The notes beneath the pieces are model-generated. The model had not been told where the DNA came from. It was given only the letters and a program-made list of their open reading frames with translations, and ran no database searches. Both the position numbers and the translations under genes were made by a program. A DNA stretch of 64,000 nt from Lama guanicoe (lineage: Eukaryota), in NCBI GenBank assembly GCA_013239625.1, contig MU053934.1, positions 9,569,352 to 9,633,351 on the forward strand, in the 5' to 3' direction. How positions within the stretch are numbered: the first letter of the stretch is position 1; each line of letters opens with the position of its first letter. Positions 36,123-49,153 of this stretch are shown here, one piece after another.

Positions 36123-39100
36123 ATTGCCTGCGTATTGAAATGCAAATTTACAGTGAAGCAATATGGCTTGCAAAATGCAGGATTGCAGGATCAAGTGACA
36201 TCAAATTTTGATGATCTGAAATCAAGTTTACTAATATCCCGTATATGTTAAATGGGATTTTTTTTTTTAACCCAAAGAGTCTCTAGAAGCGTTTTCAGGC
36301 AGCGTTCCCTGCTGGACAAGCTGACATCTATTAGGCTGCCAGTAGAAAGAATATATTCCGCTCTGTGTAGGATTATGAATAAATTTGATACAGTCTAGCC
36401 TGTAATTTCTTTTTGGCTCATTCCACGGGACAGCTTGATACGTGGGTTAGTGTCGTTTATTCACTGTCCACTCACTTTCTATTTCTGTTTGTCTAACTGT
36501 GTGCTAGGGATGGGAGTCTCATGAATGACGTGTAAAAGGAACATTGTTCAGAGAAATCTGAAATTTGGCTTCAATACAGAAGCGTCTCTCGGTGTGTGGA
36601 AGTTGTTTACAAAACCAGCAGGCAGATGCCCTGACGGCATCCTTGGGTTCTAGGATTTGTGGGGAGGGCACTTTGCTTGAGTGTCACAATCATTATTTCT
36701 TCCCACTTTGCAACACGTTGCAGACTGCGTCCCCTGGCCAAGGCGAGGGGACCTCTGCCCCATCTCTGCAGAGTCCTCCTGATGGTCCACAGCAAGCAAT
36801 CCAGAGTGCGTGGAAGTTCAGAAAATGACTTTCTTTCCCTCTTTTCCTTAAAGAAACCCACTTGCTGAGAGCATTTTCCAGAAAGAAAGACATGCTTTTA
36901 CCATAGCTCTCAAGTCATAGAAATAAACCCAGCCCGTGGCATTCAGTGAGGAGTCCTGAAAGAGATGCATGGTTAAAAGGAAGAAAACAAAGTTCAGTCG
37001 TGCAGACATGCTGATGGCGAGAGTTTGACCTAAGAAGACGGCTTTGAAAAATAAGAGGTGTGAAGAGAAAGGTGAAGGATGGAATATTTAGAGGCATGCA
37101 TGGGTGGCTGCTGTTCCTTGAGCGAAAAGACCAGCACAGACAGGGTTAAAAGAATGTGAGTGACGAGTGATGACTGCAGAATGTAGGGGTGGAAATGTTG
37201 GTGCCTGGCCAGAGTAAGAAGGTTCTGGCCCCAGGGGAGGAGGTAAGACGGGGGCGCCTGCACTCTCTCAGGTGGGGAGACGGAGGACCCATCCCTAGCA
37301 GTGGCTAGAGGAGGACTGCCCGCCCTCCGCTGGAGCAGCCTGAAAACCAAAGATTGTAACCTCCAGGGAGTCCAGACCCGGCGCTGGTGTGATGAACTGA
37401 AAGAGGAAAGTTACGCTCCTGGCCGAGGGTGACAGCAGCTGGTGACGGAGGGAGGTTTACGTGGGAAGCTTTCAATGAAGAGCTGTGGTCATTCTTTCCA
37501 AGTCCCGGCTTTGTGCATGAATGTCGTGTAAAGACTAGCAGCATATCAATATAAGAAGAGAAAACGGGGTATTTTCTTTCACTCCAGAAACCAAAAATTA
37601 TTGACTTTTTCCCTGCTGCATTCTCTTTACTTAGGTGAATCTGACAAAGTCAGCTTTTAGTGTCTAGGTCAGAAGTCTAAGTGAAAGTGAATATTTAACC
37701 ACACTCAAGGACGGCAGATAATCTTTAATACTAACAGAGGCACAAGACGTAAGAGAAAGAAGAATCTAGAAGGGGAAAAAAAAAGCCAAAGAAGCAGATA
37801 CAGCTGTGGCTGGGTCACGGACTGATACAAGAGCTCAAAACCTAGGAGGCACTCGGTGAATTCAGATGTGGGCTTTCTTTGTAGAGTAAATCGTCTTCTA
37901 GAAGGTGTTTCGGGAGGATCTGTGTCAGATCTGCTGTGGTCTCTTTGAAATGAAAACTCTGAGAGACAAGAGTAGCAATGAAAACTTAGAACTCTTTGCA
38001 ATTAAAAGCAGTGACCTGAAAGAGACCAAAAGATGCGATTCCAACGTCAGGTATTAAAATCTCATCCATCCAGCTGCTGTCTTCATATCTGTACGTGTGA
38101 CGTTAAACTGCTGGAGGACTGGGAAGACGGAAGTTCTCTTTCTGGCCGTGTGTGTCCCTTCCTCGGAGCCCTCCTGGCTCGCCCCTCCCTGTGCCAGCAT
38201 TTCATCTCCACAGTTGTCTGGATCCAGCCAGCCTTGTCCCTACCTGGAGGACCCTGCATTTTTTCGTTGCTGTCGTGACCTTGGGTCCCACATCCACCAG
38301 CCTTCCTGACATCACCCTGACTCTCCCGGAGACTCAGACTCAGAGTGTCCGGTTCTGAGACCCCACCGAGTTTTCCCTCCCCAACCCCGGTCTTCCTCGC
38401 CATCCAATAAGCGGCCTTCCTGTCCCCTCTTCCCACTGGGGCAGTGGAGGCTGGACAAGTGCAGGGTCTTGACTGACTGCTCAGGCAGACTGCTCATCTG
38501 GCCCGCACCTCAGTCTTCCTGTCTACAAATGGGGCCAATACTCGTGCTGTGTGGCACAACCTGCGTGGCTGTGCCTGGCACGTAGTGAGAACGCTTTAGC
38601 TGTTTCCTTGCTTGTTACTAACTCTCCGGCCTCAACGGGGACTCATGTGTCCTCATTTATCAGCTCCTGTGGTGACTGGGAGGGCAGGGGCCTGACTCTT
38701 AGGGGCCAGAATTCTTCCCTCGTGACCAGATCCTCTGCCGCACCTGGGTCCCTCCCTCACCCTGCCTCGTCTCCACCTCGCCCCCTTACCTCTACCCTCT
38801 ACCCTTGAGATCTCAGCTGAAGATTACTTTCTCAAGGAAACCCCTCCGGACTGCCTGCCCCAGTCGGGTCTCTGCTACAAGCACTTACAGTGCCCGGTGC
38901 TTTTCCCACGAGCGTGCCCATTACCTGTTCATTTGCGTGGTGTCTTGAGGAAGTGGCTCTCTCCATCCTGCCCCCCTGGGGGGCCGGAAACCACAGCTGC
39001 CTCCCTTTGCAGCGCCCTGGATGTGCTACCGGCAGGAGTTGCAGGACCTGCTCTGTGAACATGCAGCTCCGGTCAGGCTACCCTCCATTTGAGATTCCTT

Positions 39101-40319
39101 CAGGGCTTAATCAAATGCCACCTCCTTCAGGAAGCCGTCCTTGATTTCCCCCCAAATGAGAGGAGGGAATTTTGTCACTCCCCTGTAGCAATTTGAATCT
39201 CTCTGATTTGAGATATTTTGCCTTCACCCCAGGAGCTGTTTATTGAGCACATCGGTCGTTTATTCCCGAAATTGTTCATGTGTTTGACAAACCTTTAGTG
39301 AGCACCTTCTACATGCCAGGCAGTGTTCTAAGTACTGGGGACAGCAGTGACAGGCAGCAGGTTCCATCCAGGGAGGCAGCGGCATTTTCACAGCCTGCCA
39401 CCAGAAAGCGTTGCATTACATGACGGGACTCCTAGGCTCAGAGGGGAGGCAGCTACCAAAGCGGTGTGGCGCGTGGTGGTCAGAGCCAGTGTAGACGGTC
39501 GGACAGCTGAGGCTGCTCCCCCCCGACCAGCACGGCGTCCAGTGGGGCAGCGGCATTTTCACAGCAGAAGCCTGTGTGGCTCAATAAACATTTGTCTTTA
39601 AAATTCAGAATTTCCTTTCACTAAAGGAACTAAGTTGGGAGAAAGGAAAAGAGTGAATAAAAATTATCCAAGCAGGTGTAGTTCTCCTGATGCGTATCTT
39701 ACTATTCCGCTTACCGTGAAGTGCTCGAGGGAAAGCCTTCTGGCCCACTTGGGTCAGCAGGGTTTAAGTCTGAGATGAACACTCTCATCTCGCATTGGAT
39801 GACCTGTTTCCAGGAAACCCCGCACGTTTGGCTGTGGTGTCTGCCTTCTCTTTGTCGCCAAGAATTCAGCGTTAAAAGCAGATGAGCCTTCGGACCAGGG
39901 AGTCTGTCTGAATCATATGAGTGTGGTAATCGCTCCCTGAAAGGAACAGGGACAAGGACTTGCAGGGACATGAGCTGGGTCATGTGTGCCATTAGTGTGA
40001 CATCATTTGGTTTCATAGAAGTGAGTGAGGCAAATTAAATTCTTCCCTAGACGAACGAAGCCCCTTTCCTAGGCTGATGGACAGAGAGTGAAGTGTGTCT
40101 TCCAGGGCTGCAGGCGGCTTTGTGGCTGGGGTGATGGGGAGAGAGGCAGCTGTGTCCTGCCGGGGAAGTTATCAGCCCAGTTACGTCGGTGGGAGCAGGG
40201 CCGGCTCCTGGAGGTACCAGCTTCCAACAGCAGACTCGCGCAGGTGGTGGAGATGGGTTTGCGGTTTTTTAAAGCCGAGTTCACTGAGGTGTAATTGACT
40301 CACAGTAAAATTCACCCTT

Positions 40320-40590
40320 TTTTTTAATTGACGTGTCGTCGATCTACAGCCTCGTGTTAGTTTCCGGCGGAGAGCACAGCGATTCAGTTATCGTGTATGT
40401 ACTCTTCTCCTTCATAGGCGTTTCTCGGCGTTCTGTCCCGTTGCCGGGTAGTCAGTTTACAACGATGCGTCCGTTTCTTATAGGCTATTGAATGTAGCTC
40501 CCTGTGCTCTGCAGTAGGACCTTGTTTTATATTCAGTAGTTTGTATCTGTTAATCCCAGCCTCCTAATTTATCCCTCCCCAGTCTTTCCC
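40320..40590 (-). mobile_element. L1 3' end fragment (cetartiodactyl-type), CpG-enriched
   Basis: gctattgaatgtagctccctgtgctctgcagtaggaccttgtt..gtttgtatctgttaatcccagcctcctaatttatccctccc is the reverse complement of the L1 3' end also seen at 42.0-42.2 kb. Confidence 0.75.
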
Positions 40591-40639
40591 CCCAAATTCA
40601 TCTTTTTTGGATGGACAACTCTGTGCATTTTGAAAATCA

Positions 40640-41312
40640 TCATGGCCTGTTTTCTTGCTGGATGTCAGTCAGAGGTGCCCACATCCCTTCCCTCGTGGCC
40701 CCTGGGTTGTCAAAACCTGCCACGTGGGTTGCATCCACCTCCTGCTCTAAGTCTCTCTGACCCCCGCGCCCGCTTCTGCCTTGTTGCAGCCAGGGGAGGT
40801 TCTCTGCTGTTCAGGGCTCAAGTGATCGGGTTGGGCCCACCTGGAAAATCCAGGCCACTCTCCCCTCTCAGGGTCTGCACTGGCGTCAGTCTCCCGTGGC
40901 CGCCATAACAGGGCGCCACAACACGGGGGGCTTCAACAACAGAAATTTTTTTCTTGCAGTCTTGCTTGGAGGCCTGCAGTCTGAAATCAAGGTGTCGGCA
41001 GGGCTGTGCTCCCTCTGAGGCCCCTTCCTTGCCCCCTCTTAACTTCTGCTGGTGCACGTCCACCCTTGGCGTGCCTTGGCTTGTGGGAGCACCCCTCCAG
41101 CCTCCGCCTGTCCTCATGTGGCGTTCTCACTCTGGGTGTGTCTGTGTCCAAATCTCCACTTTTTATGAGGACGCCATTCCTATTGGATTAAGGGCCACCA
41201 CTCTGGTGTAACTGCATCATAACTGCATCTGCAGAGACCCCGTTTCAAATAAGGTCACATTCTGAAGTGCTGGAGGTGTTAGGATGTGGGGGACACAAAC
41301 GAACCCATGATG
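40640..41312 (-). mobile_element. MaLR LTR(s): MLT1B/C-like copy at ~40880-41312 beside an older MLT1 fragment
   Basis: aacaacagaaattt..tggaggcc..agtctgaaatcaaggtgtcggcagggctgtgctccctctgagg and catctgca.agaccc..tttcaaataaggtcacattctga motifs. Confidence 0.85.
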
Positions 41313-42012
41313 GTACCCTTAGGGACATCTTTGGGGCCACTCCTTGGCATCACTCTGTGGGCATGCCCTCCTGGAACTCACAATCAGCGAACACTGTTCA
41401 AGGAGGGGTGGAGCACTGAGACCGCTAAACGTGTCCTGTTCACGCTCGAAGGTGGGTGACATGCCCAGTGTCCAGCTCTGTCGATTAAGGGCAAATCTGT
41501 AATATCAAAGCTAAAGAGCCGTGACCAGAGTTGCCCAGTGCATTAGGCAGCTTAGGTAGGGTTGGTCGTGTGGACCTTACACGGTGGGAGGGCGGTGGGA
41601 GGACTGGGGAGTGACAGTTATGAATCACAGCACTGCAGGTGCAGAGCCCGGTGGCCCCGTCCTTTCCCTCCATCAGGCTGGTGCCAAGGGGAGAACACAG
41701 ATGTTGGGAGGGGCTGGGGTGCCAGGAGGTGGTGGGGCCCCATCAGACCCCCCCCAGCTCCGTGCCTCTGTTACAGGAAGGAAGGACACATAAGTTTGCT
41801 CACTCCCCATGGGGGGAGGCCCTCTCGGACCCCCTGATTTATAGTGGCTGCCGCTCTCCCACTCAGTCTCCATAGCACATGGTGTAAGTTTCATTGATTC
41901 GTTTCTCACCGATCTCCCCTAGAATGGCAGCTCCTGGAGGACAGGGGTGTGTGTCTGCTTTCTTCACGGCTGTGCCTAGACTGGCTCCACCAGGGCCTAT
42001 CACAGGAGGCAC

Positions 42013-42240
42013 CCAGAGATTTGCAGATGCTAACTATTATATATAAAATAGATAAACAACAAGTTACTCCTGTGTAGCACGGGGAACTATATTCAGTATC
42101 TTGTAATAACCTATCATGAAAAGGTATATGAGAACCAATAGATGTGTGTCTGTGTATGCTGTGTGACTGAGACATGATGCTGTGCACCGGAAATTGACGC
42201 AACATTGAAAACCAACTATACTTCAGTTAAAAAAATAAAT
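42013..42240 (+). mobile_element. L1 3' end fragment (cetartiodactyl-type)
   Basis: tatataaaatagataaacaacaag..tagcacggggaactatattcagtatcttgtaataacctat..caactatacttca plus A tail. Confidence 0.85.
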
Positions 42241-43079
42241 CTGTTGAGTGAACAAAGATTTCCGCTCTGCTTAACAATCTATGCCCTCCTGCTTGCTGAA
42301 AAGATGATGGTTTTTCTCTTTTCAAATATTTTTTAGCATCTGATTAGCAGGTTGTTGTTATTTCAGTAATACTGCCTGAATATGAGGAAAACCTTAAGGA
42401 AATATCACTTTTCCATATTCCGGTCTACGGACTTTATTGAAGAGCACAGAAATACTTCTTTGTAGCTCTGGAGGTGAAAAATAAAGAGAAGAACAGCCAT
42501 TTCAAACTGTGGAGCTGATAAATAGTCAGTGGTTTAAAAATGTTAAGATGGGGGCCCCATTTCTGATAGTGGCTTCGCAGTTTGGAAGTCAGCTCAAAAA
42601 GGTGGACAGCATCTTTAAACGTGTGTCAAGGCTTTGGCGAGCTCATGAGGTGGTGAACAGTTGCCAGGCTGAGATCTGGAGAAGATGGAAACTTGACGTT
42701 TGTGTTCATTTTGTCACTGGGGGAGGGCAGTTTATGGAAGATGGAGTCAAGGGCCCAAGTAGCCCTTCTGTGGGGCTGAGTCAAAAATTGGGATAGAAAG
42801 CCTCCAAGAAGGCAAGACCCTGGTAAATATCCCAAACTTTTGAGTTGGGGCCCCCAAGAGCTGCCCCCGAGGAATCCAGGTGGCCTAGAAGTCAGTCAGC
42901 TGCTCAAGGCCTGAAGACCTGAAGGCCTGTTTGAACTAATCTCAATTCTTGAGGTTGGATTAAGGTGATTCCACGTTGCTAGGACCTCGGATGCCTGGCA
43001 GAAGCCAGCAGTATCCTCTGCAGGGGAACAGAGCATCACCCTCAGCCTCTGTTTCTATGAACGATTTTTCAAATGCAGA

Positions 43080-44128
43080 CAGTCCCCACCTTGCACAGTT
43101 CCATTATGCACAGACTTCATTTCCATGCCTTATTAAATGACACTGGTCTCCCTACACCAGGGCTTATGTGTTAGTTCCAGGGATAAGAACTGAGTAGCTG
43201 CATAAAACAGTCTGCACTGTCAGCTCCCCAGTCTGCAAATCACAGCACAGATAACAGAGGCGCCTACGGGCCAAGCCCCTCCCTCCTGTCAGAGTCTGCC
43301 TGTGATTGGTCCCTGTGCATCTGTCAGTCAGCTCACACAGACAGCAAAGTGTGTGGTCATGTTGCCTCCTTGTCTCCCTGTGAAAACCCATGTGACACTT
43401 CCTAAAAATGGATGAGTGACAGAGGACATGGCCAACAGAGATGAAAGTGCAGCAAATAAGTGAAAAATGATAACGCGTGAAGTAACATTAGAATCGGACA
43501 GAAGTGGAGTTCTAGAAGACGTCGCTGACCGTGGGGATGTGGACACTCCTGCCATTCGAGAGACTCTAGAAAGGTGGGCGGGGGACTTAGTGAAAGTGAG
43601 TTGTCACCATCCTTGAGGGAAATGGTTGTGATGAAGAAATTGAAGATGCCACACAGGAAGTCATCCCAGCTCCCCCCCCCCAATTCACGTTAAAAGAGCT
43701 CTCTAAGATATGTTGTGACATTGAAAGTGCAAAGGAGAAAAATGTTGGAAGCCAGTCCAAACTTAGAAAAGAGTATGACGATTTAGTAAGGCAAAGGATA
43801 GAAGTTCGCTCCAAACTGTTGTCATGCAGTAAGAAGGCAGCAAGCATGGTTCAAACTACTCTGGATGAGTTTTTAAAAGGAAGTAAAACATTTTAAGTCT
43901 CAGTGTTCCTCACGTTTTAAATTACAATGTAGCAAATAAATACTAGCTTACTATATATTTTAATTTCTCTGTGCATTTTCAACTAATAGTAAGAGATGTT
44001 TTCATGTTCTGACAAAAGCTTTAAAGGTCATAGAGTAATTTTTCATTGATTGTAAAATCACTTTGTATAATTTCTGCTTGCATGATGCTTTTTATGGTCT
44101 TGCATTGCCATACAAACCAAGACTGTTT
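43080..44128 (+). mobile_element. Old TcMar-Tigger DNA transposon remnant
   Basis: Inverted ends cagtcc..cttgcac / gcc.tac..accaagactg, with a decayed pogo-like internal segment (gacattgaaagtgcaaagga..atgttggaagc..tccaaacttagaaa). Confidence 0.65.
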
Positions 44129-45263
44129 GTACAGTAATGACACACAACAAAACCAACCACGCACATGAGAGGACCTTATGAACCAGCAGAAATGATAAAT
44201 GGTAGAAACAAGCCCACCTTGACTCTAAATATCAGAATTAAAAACACATAAACTTGCTTACTATAGTCACAAAGATGAACAGTAAGATTGGGAATTTTGG
44301 TAGAACACTAGAAATTATCTTCTTTACAAAGGACATTGATTTGAAAAATACCAAGTAGATATTATAAAACTGAAAAATACAAAAACTGAAATGATGTACT
44401 CAGTAGAAAGCTGTAACAGCACAGTAGTCACAACTGATGTGAGAACTAGTGAATTACAAGGTAGATAAGAAAATGATACCTAAAACGAAGCCTTTCCAAA
44501 GAGACAAAAGGATGGAACACAGATACAGGGAATATGGTGAAGAATTCTACCACATGTGATTGACATCCTAGGAAGACAAGAAAGAGAAATGGGACAGAAG
44601 CAATATTTGAAGAGACAGTGAGTGGCTGGAGTTTTTCTAATGCTGCTGAAAGACATTAAGTCACAGATTCCAGAATCCTATAGAACCATAAGCAGAATTA
44701 AAACAAAAATCCATACATAAACACACTATAGTAAACCTGCTGAAAAACAAAAACAAAAAGAAAATTTAAAAAGAAGCTAGAGAACACTAGAAATTATCTA
44801 GACTAGAGCAACGAGTCAGAGATAAATTCTCAACCAAAACAACGGAAGCCGGAAGACAGTGGGAAGACATCTTCCGTGTGCTCACAGTTGGGTTTATTCC
44901 AGGAATAGAAGATTAATTTAACATTTAAAAAGTAATCAAGCATCAACAATTATGAAATGCTCCTGGATAAAATGCACAACACCTGGACTGTGAAACCTGC
45001 GAGACATTGGAAGACTCAAATCAATGACAAGTTACGGCATGCCCTTGAGTCATGAGACTCAGCATTGTTAAGATGGCCGTTCTTCCCAAACTGATCTACA
45101 GATTCAAAGTGATCAGCATCGAACGTCAGCATACGTATTTGTAGCATTTGACAAAGTGATTCTAAAACTGTGTGCAAGTGCAAAGGACCTCAAGTGGCTA
45201 AAACGACTTTGAAGAAGAGGGACACAGATGGACGACTACCTGAACTCAAGAATTATTACAGAG

Positions 45264-45404
45264 GAGCGGAGGGTAGAGCTCAGTGGTAGAACACATGCTT
45301 AGCATGCATGAGGTCATGGGTTCGATCCCCAGTACCTCCGTTAAATTAAATAAATAAATAAATAAATAAATAAACAAACCTAATTACCTCCCCCCCAAAA
45401 AGCA
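45264..45404 (+). mobile_element. tRNA-derived SINE (Vic-1-like) with perfect 16-bp TSD
   Basis: SINE head plus (TAAA)n tail; AAGAATTATTACAGAG at 45248-45263 and 45405-45420. Confidence 0.92.
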
Positions 45405-45867
45405 AAGAATTATTACAGAGCCGCAGTGATCAAGACAATATAGTATTGATATGAAAATAGACGAGTAGATGAACGGCACAAGACAGCGAGCGCACCCAAC
45501 TATGTGGTGAATTGATTTTGGACCAAGTGACAGGTCATTTCAGTGGGACTAGATAATTTTTCCCAACAAATTGTGTTGGAACAATTGGATAGCCACGTGC
45601 AGAAGAAGAGATCTCAGCCCTCGTCTCACACGGTGTTAAACCACGAGACAAGGACGGAGAACGTGGAGTGGGTCATAGACCGGGTTGTAAGAGGTAAACC
45701 TGTAAAACTCCCGGAATAAGCGTAGCATAAATCTTAGTGATCTGAGGTTTGGCAAAGATTTCGTATAGATGGTTCAAAACCCATGAACTACAGAAGAACA
45801 GTTTAATGTATTAGACTTCATCAAAATTCTAAACGTTTACTCATCAAAAGACGTTTAAGAAAATTAA

Positions 45868-45995
45868 GGAGGGAGGCTATAGCTCAGTGATAAGAGTGCG
45901 TGCTTAGCGTGCACGAGGTCCTGGGTTCAATCCCCTGTCCCTCCATTAAAATTTAAATAAACGAACCGAATTACCTTCCCTCCCCACCAAAAAAC
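45868..45995 (+). mobile_element. tRNA-derived SINE (Vic-1-like)
   Basis: ggaggctatagctcagtg..gcgtgcttagcgtgcacgaggtcctgggttcaatcccc head plus tail. Confidence 0.9.
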
Positions 45996-47209
45996 AGGAA
46001 AATCAAAGGCAAGTCACAGACTTGGACAAAAAAGTTTGCAAGACGTTTATCTGACAAAGGACTTGCATCTGGAATATATAAAGAACTCTCACAATTCAGT
46101 AAAAAAGTGACAAACAATCCAATCAAGAGTTAAAGCAAAAATGGGCAAACGATTTGAACAAATTCTTCAACAAAAGGTACAGGATGGCAAGCAAGCATGT
46201 GGAAAGATGTTGAACATCATTAGTCATTAGGAAAACGCAAATTAACACTAGTGGGTATCGCTGTTAGCGGCAGAGGGATAGTAAACAGCCGCTGGCGTGG
46301 CCAAATGGAGAAGACCGACCACGTGTCCGGCCGGGGGTGTGAGCGGCCGGAAGCCTCCAGCACTGGCGATGGGGTGGGTGTGAAGTGGTGCAGACACTTG
46401 GAGAACCATTTTGGTGAGTGATATCACTGACGTTCTTACCGAAAGTGTCATATGTGCCAAACAAGGGACACTGACATCTGCCACCAGGGTCATGTGGGCA
46501 TCTCGACTGTCCAGCCGAACCGTCAGTGTGGACTCTCAGCGCTGGCTGCAGACAGTCTAAGTGGCCAGGAAGCCCCTAAATGCACCCCCTCCCAGGATGG
46601 CTTTTCCTTAAACAGATTGTTCCTGTTTCCTTAGCATTCTTGTCACTTGAAGTTGCAGGAATTCTTGTTTCTTCAGAAAAGCATTTGTTCCACACCTGCC
46701 CTTCGCACTCTGAGCCCTGGTGGTGTCCTCTGCGCAGACTCCTTTCATTGGTTTGTTACTTAAAATGATATGAGGTGTTTTTGTTTTTTTGTGTGTAAGA
46801 GAGCATTCAGAATGTAGCACTGATGTTAGATTGACTGAGTCTGTATTTATGAACAGCTGCCGTGTGCGGGGAGGACAGTGGCGGATGTGACTCCTGCCTT
46901 AAGGAGTCACAGATCAGTGGGTCAGAAAAGGCGCCAGTCAGCACCTGGGATGTGAGCTGCGCGGATGCAGAGGCGGGCAGGGGTCATTCCGCCCGGGTGA
47001 ATCCGGGAAGCCTCTGGGGAGCAGTCGGTATTTGAGCTTCCCTGACCATGTGCAGGAACGGGAGGTGTTTCAGGCGAAGGAATAGACTAAAGTATGGAGG
47101 CTGGAAAGCGCGAGGGGAGCCTGGCAGGCGCTGAGCAGTTTATTTTGGCCAGAACACAGGGTTTGCGGAGGAAACGGAAGAGAAGATGGATTCACTCAGG
47201 ATAAAACTT

Positions 47210-47760
47210 CATCAGATCTTATGGAGCTCCTTCTCGGATGCCAGGCACCATTCTTAAGCATTTGGGGGTACGTAAGTGAGCAGACTGCACAAAATCCTTT
47301 ATCTTGTAGGACTGGCTCCCTGGCAGGGAGAGACACATGAGCAGCCTAGTGGCCGGTAGGTGCGTGGCCTGGTGTGTTCGATGCTGAGCGCAGGGGTGGG
47401 GTGTGCGTCCAGGGAGGGCGAGGACACTGCGGGGACAGCCTCGCTGAGAAAGGGACCTCTGGGGAAGGACTGGCAGGGGAGAGCTGAGCAGACTCCAGGA
47501 GGGGAGCGTCCCGGCCGCGCGGGCAGCTGGGGCCAGGCTCGTGGGAGGAGCACGAGGAAGTGTGACTGGAGGAGTGTCCCGGACAGGAGGAGGATGTGAG
47601 GGCCCCAAGGGGAGGTGGCAGAGGGTCACTGGGAAGGGCCTGGGGGCCACTGTGAGGGCTCTGGCTGTACTCCCTGGGAACGCAGGAGGAGGAGGGTCCT
47701 GAGCAGGGGCATGGTACACTTCGATTTAGCTGCCCCAGGCCCCCTCTGGCTGTCTTCAGG
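47210..47760. mobile_element. L2 LINE fragment
   Basis: gccaggcaccattcttaagcatttggg..cagactgcacaaaatccttt..ctgagcaggggcatgg motifs typical of L2 3' region. Confidence 0.55.
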
Positions 47761-49153
47761 GGCCAGGGACAGAAGTTGCGGGCCGGCTGGGAGGCTCCCG
47801 GGACTCACCAAGGGCCTGGCGGTGTGTGGCTTGGGCAGCGAAGTGGCGTGGTGGGAGAACGTGCACGGGGCAGGGAAAATGACCTCTGCGTGGCCGCGTG
47901 TCCTTGGAGGATGCTTGTCCTTGGTCTGTTTCCTTACCTGCAAATCCAGGTATTTGGAACCGATGCTCCCCAGAGGGATTCCCTAAAGCAGGGGTGGTGG
48001 GATCAGGGCTGTACTTCAGGACTTATTGGCAACTCGGAGAGGGGAGTTGGCAGGCGAGGGGGCTGCTGCAGGAGACCGCGCTGGAGGGAGTGATGCCGTG
48101 GGCCGGGCAAACACAGGATGGGTGCGAATAATTAAGAAGAAAACAATCTTTCAAAATAAACAACAAACAAACAACCCAGACTGTCCAGAGGACCCTACGC
48201 TGTAACTCTGTGCGTGCGCAAAAGACCAAGGTCACATTAGGGCGTGTTGGGTATAAAGCGTGCTGACAGCTGTTCCTGGCCTCAGATGTGCCCTCTTGCT
48301 GGCAGGGTGACCGCGCAGAGCCCTCTGCACGTCAAGCATTGGTGCTTTGACGGGTCGCTCGGCCTCCTCCCCGCCTGAAGCTGGCCCAGTACAGGCGCTA
48401 ATCAGTTACAGAAACACCAGTGTCTCCTTCAAATCCCCTGCACTGGGTCTTGTGCATAAACCCTTATTAGGTTTCCTGTTTCTCTTATTTTTATGCAGAG
48501 CTTGACTTTATAGCAGAAAATTCAGTTTTTTTCCCCTAAACAGATTGCTTCTGTTCCCTTAGTATCCTTGTCACTTTAAGTTGCATTCATCCTTGTTGCT
48601 TTAGAAAAGCAATTGTTCTGCAACTGGCTGTTAAAGAAGGTATTTGTTTTATTGTTACCAATACTTGCTAAATGTTTGAATTATTGAGCTGCTTAAAAAT
48701 CACTGTTAGGTGGATTTTGTTTCTATCCTTTTCACTCTCTTCTTATTGGGGACTTTACAAAATAATTATGTTTCCAGTTTTCTTTTATTCGTCATGGTGA
48801 ATAGGAATTGAAGCTATGTAGCTCTGGGAACCTCTAGTTCCAAATAGGAAAGCCTTGTAAGCATTTCCAGCTGGCAGGTGGACAAAACTGAGGGCGTGCA
48901 AGTTGCTAGAGAGGCTCGGGCTTATGGAAAAACCCAGCTTCAGAAGGGACCTAGCGCACCTCGAGTTAGAGGTTCTTAAAGTGTTGCTTCTTCCCTGCAG
49001 ATACCTACCAAAATGCAAAATTTACTGCGAGCAGGAGTTAAAGCAATCTGAAAACAGAAGGAGAGGTGGAAATGGTATTATTCCTTTACAAAATCAGTGT
49101 CCTAGAAAGACAAAAGAAAGTTGTGGAAGTGTTTCAGATTAAAAGAGAAATGA

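Larger units (their letters stand above)
44150..46450 (+). mobile_element. Decayed L1M fragments (ORF1/ORF2 remnants) with two nested SINEs
   Basis: gaagcaatatttgaagaga, gttaagatggc.gttcttcccaaactgatctacagattcaa, gacttcatcaaaatt, tctgacaaaggacttgcatctggaatatataaagaactc motifs. Confidence 0.85.
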
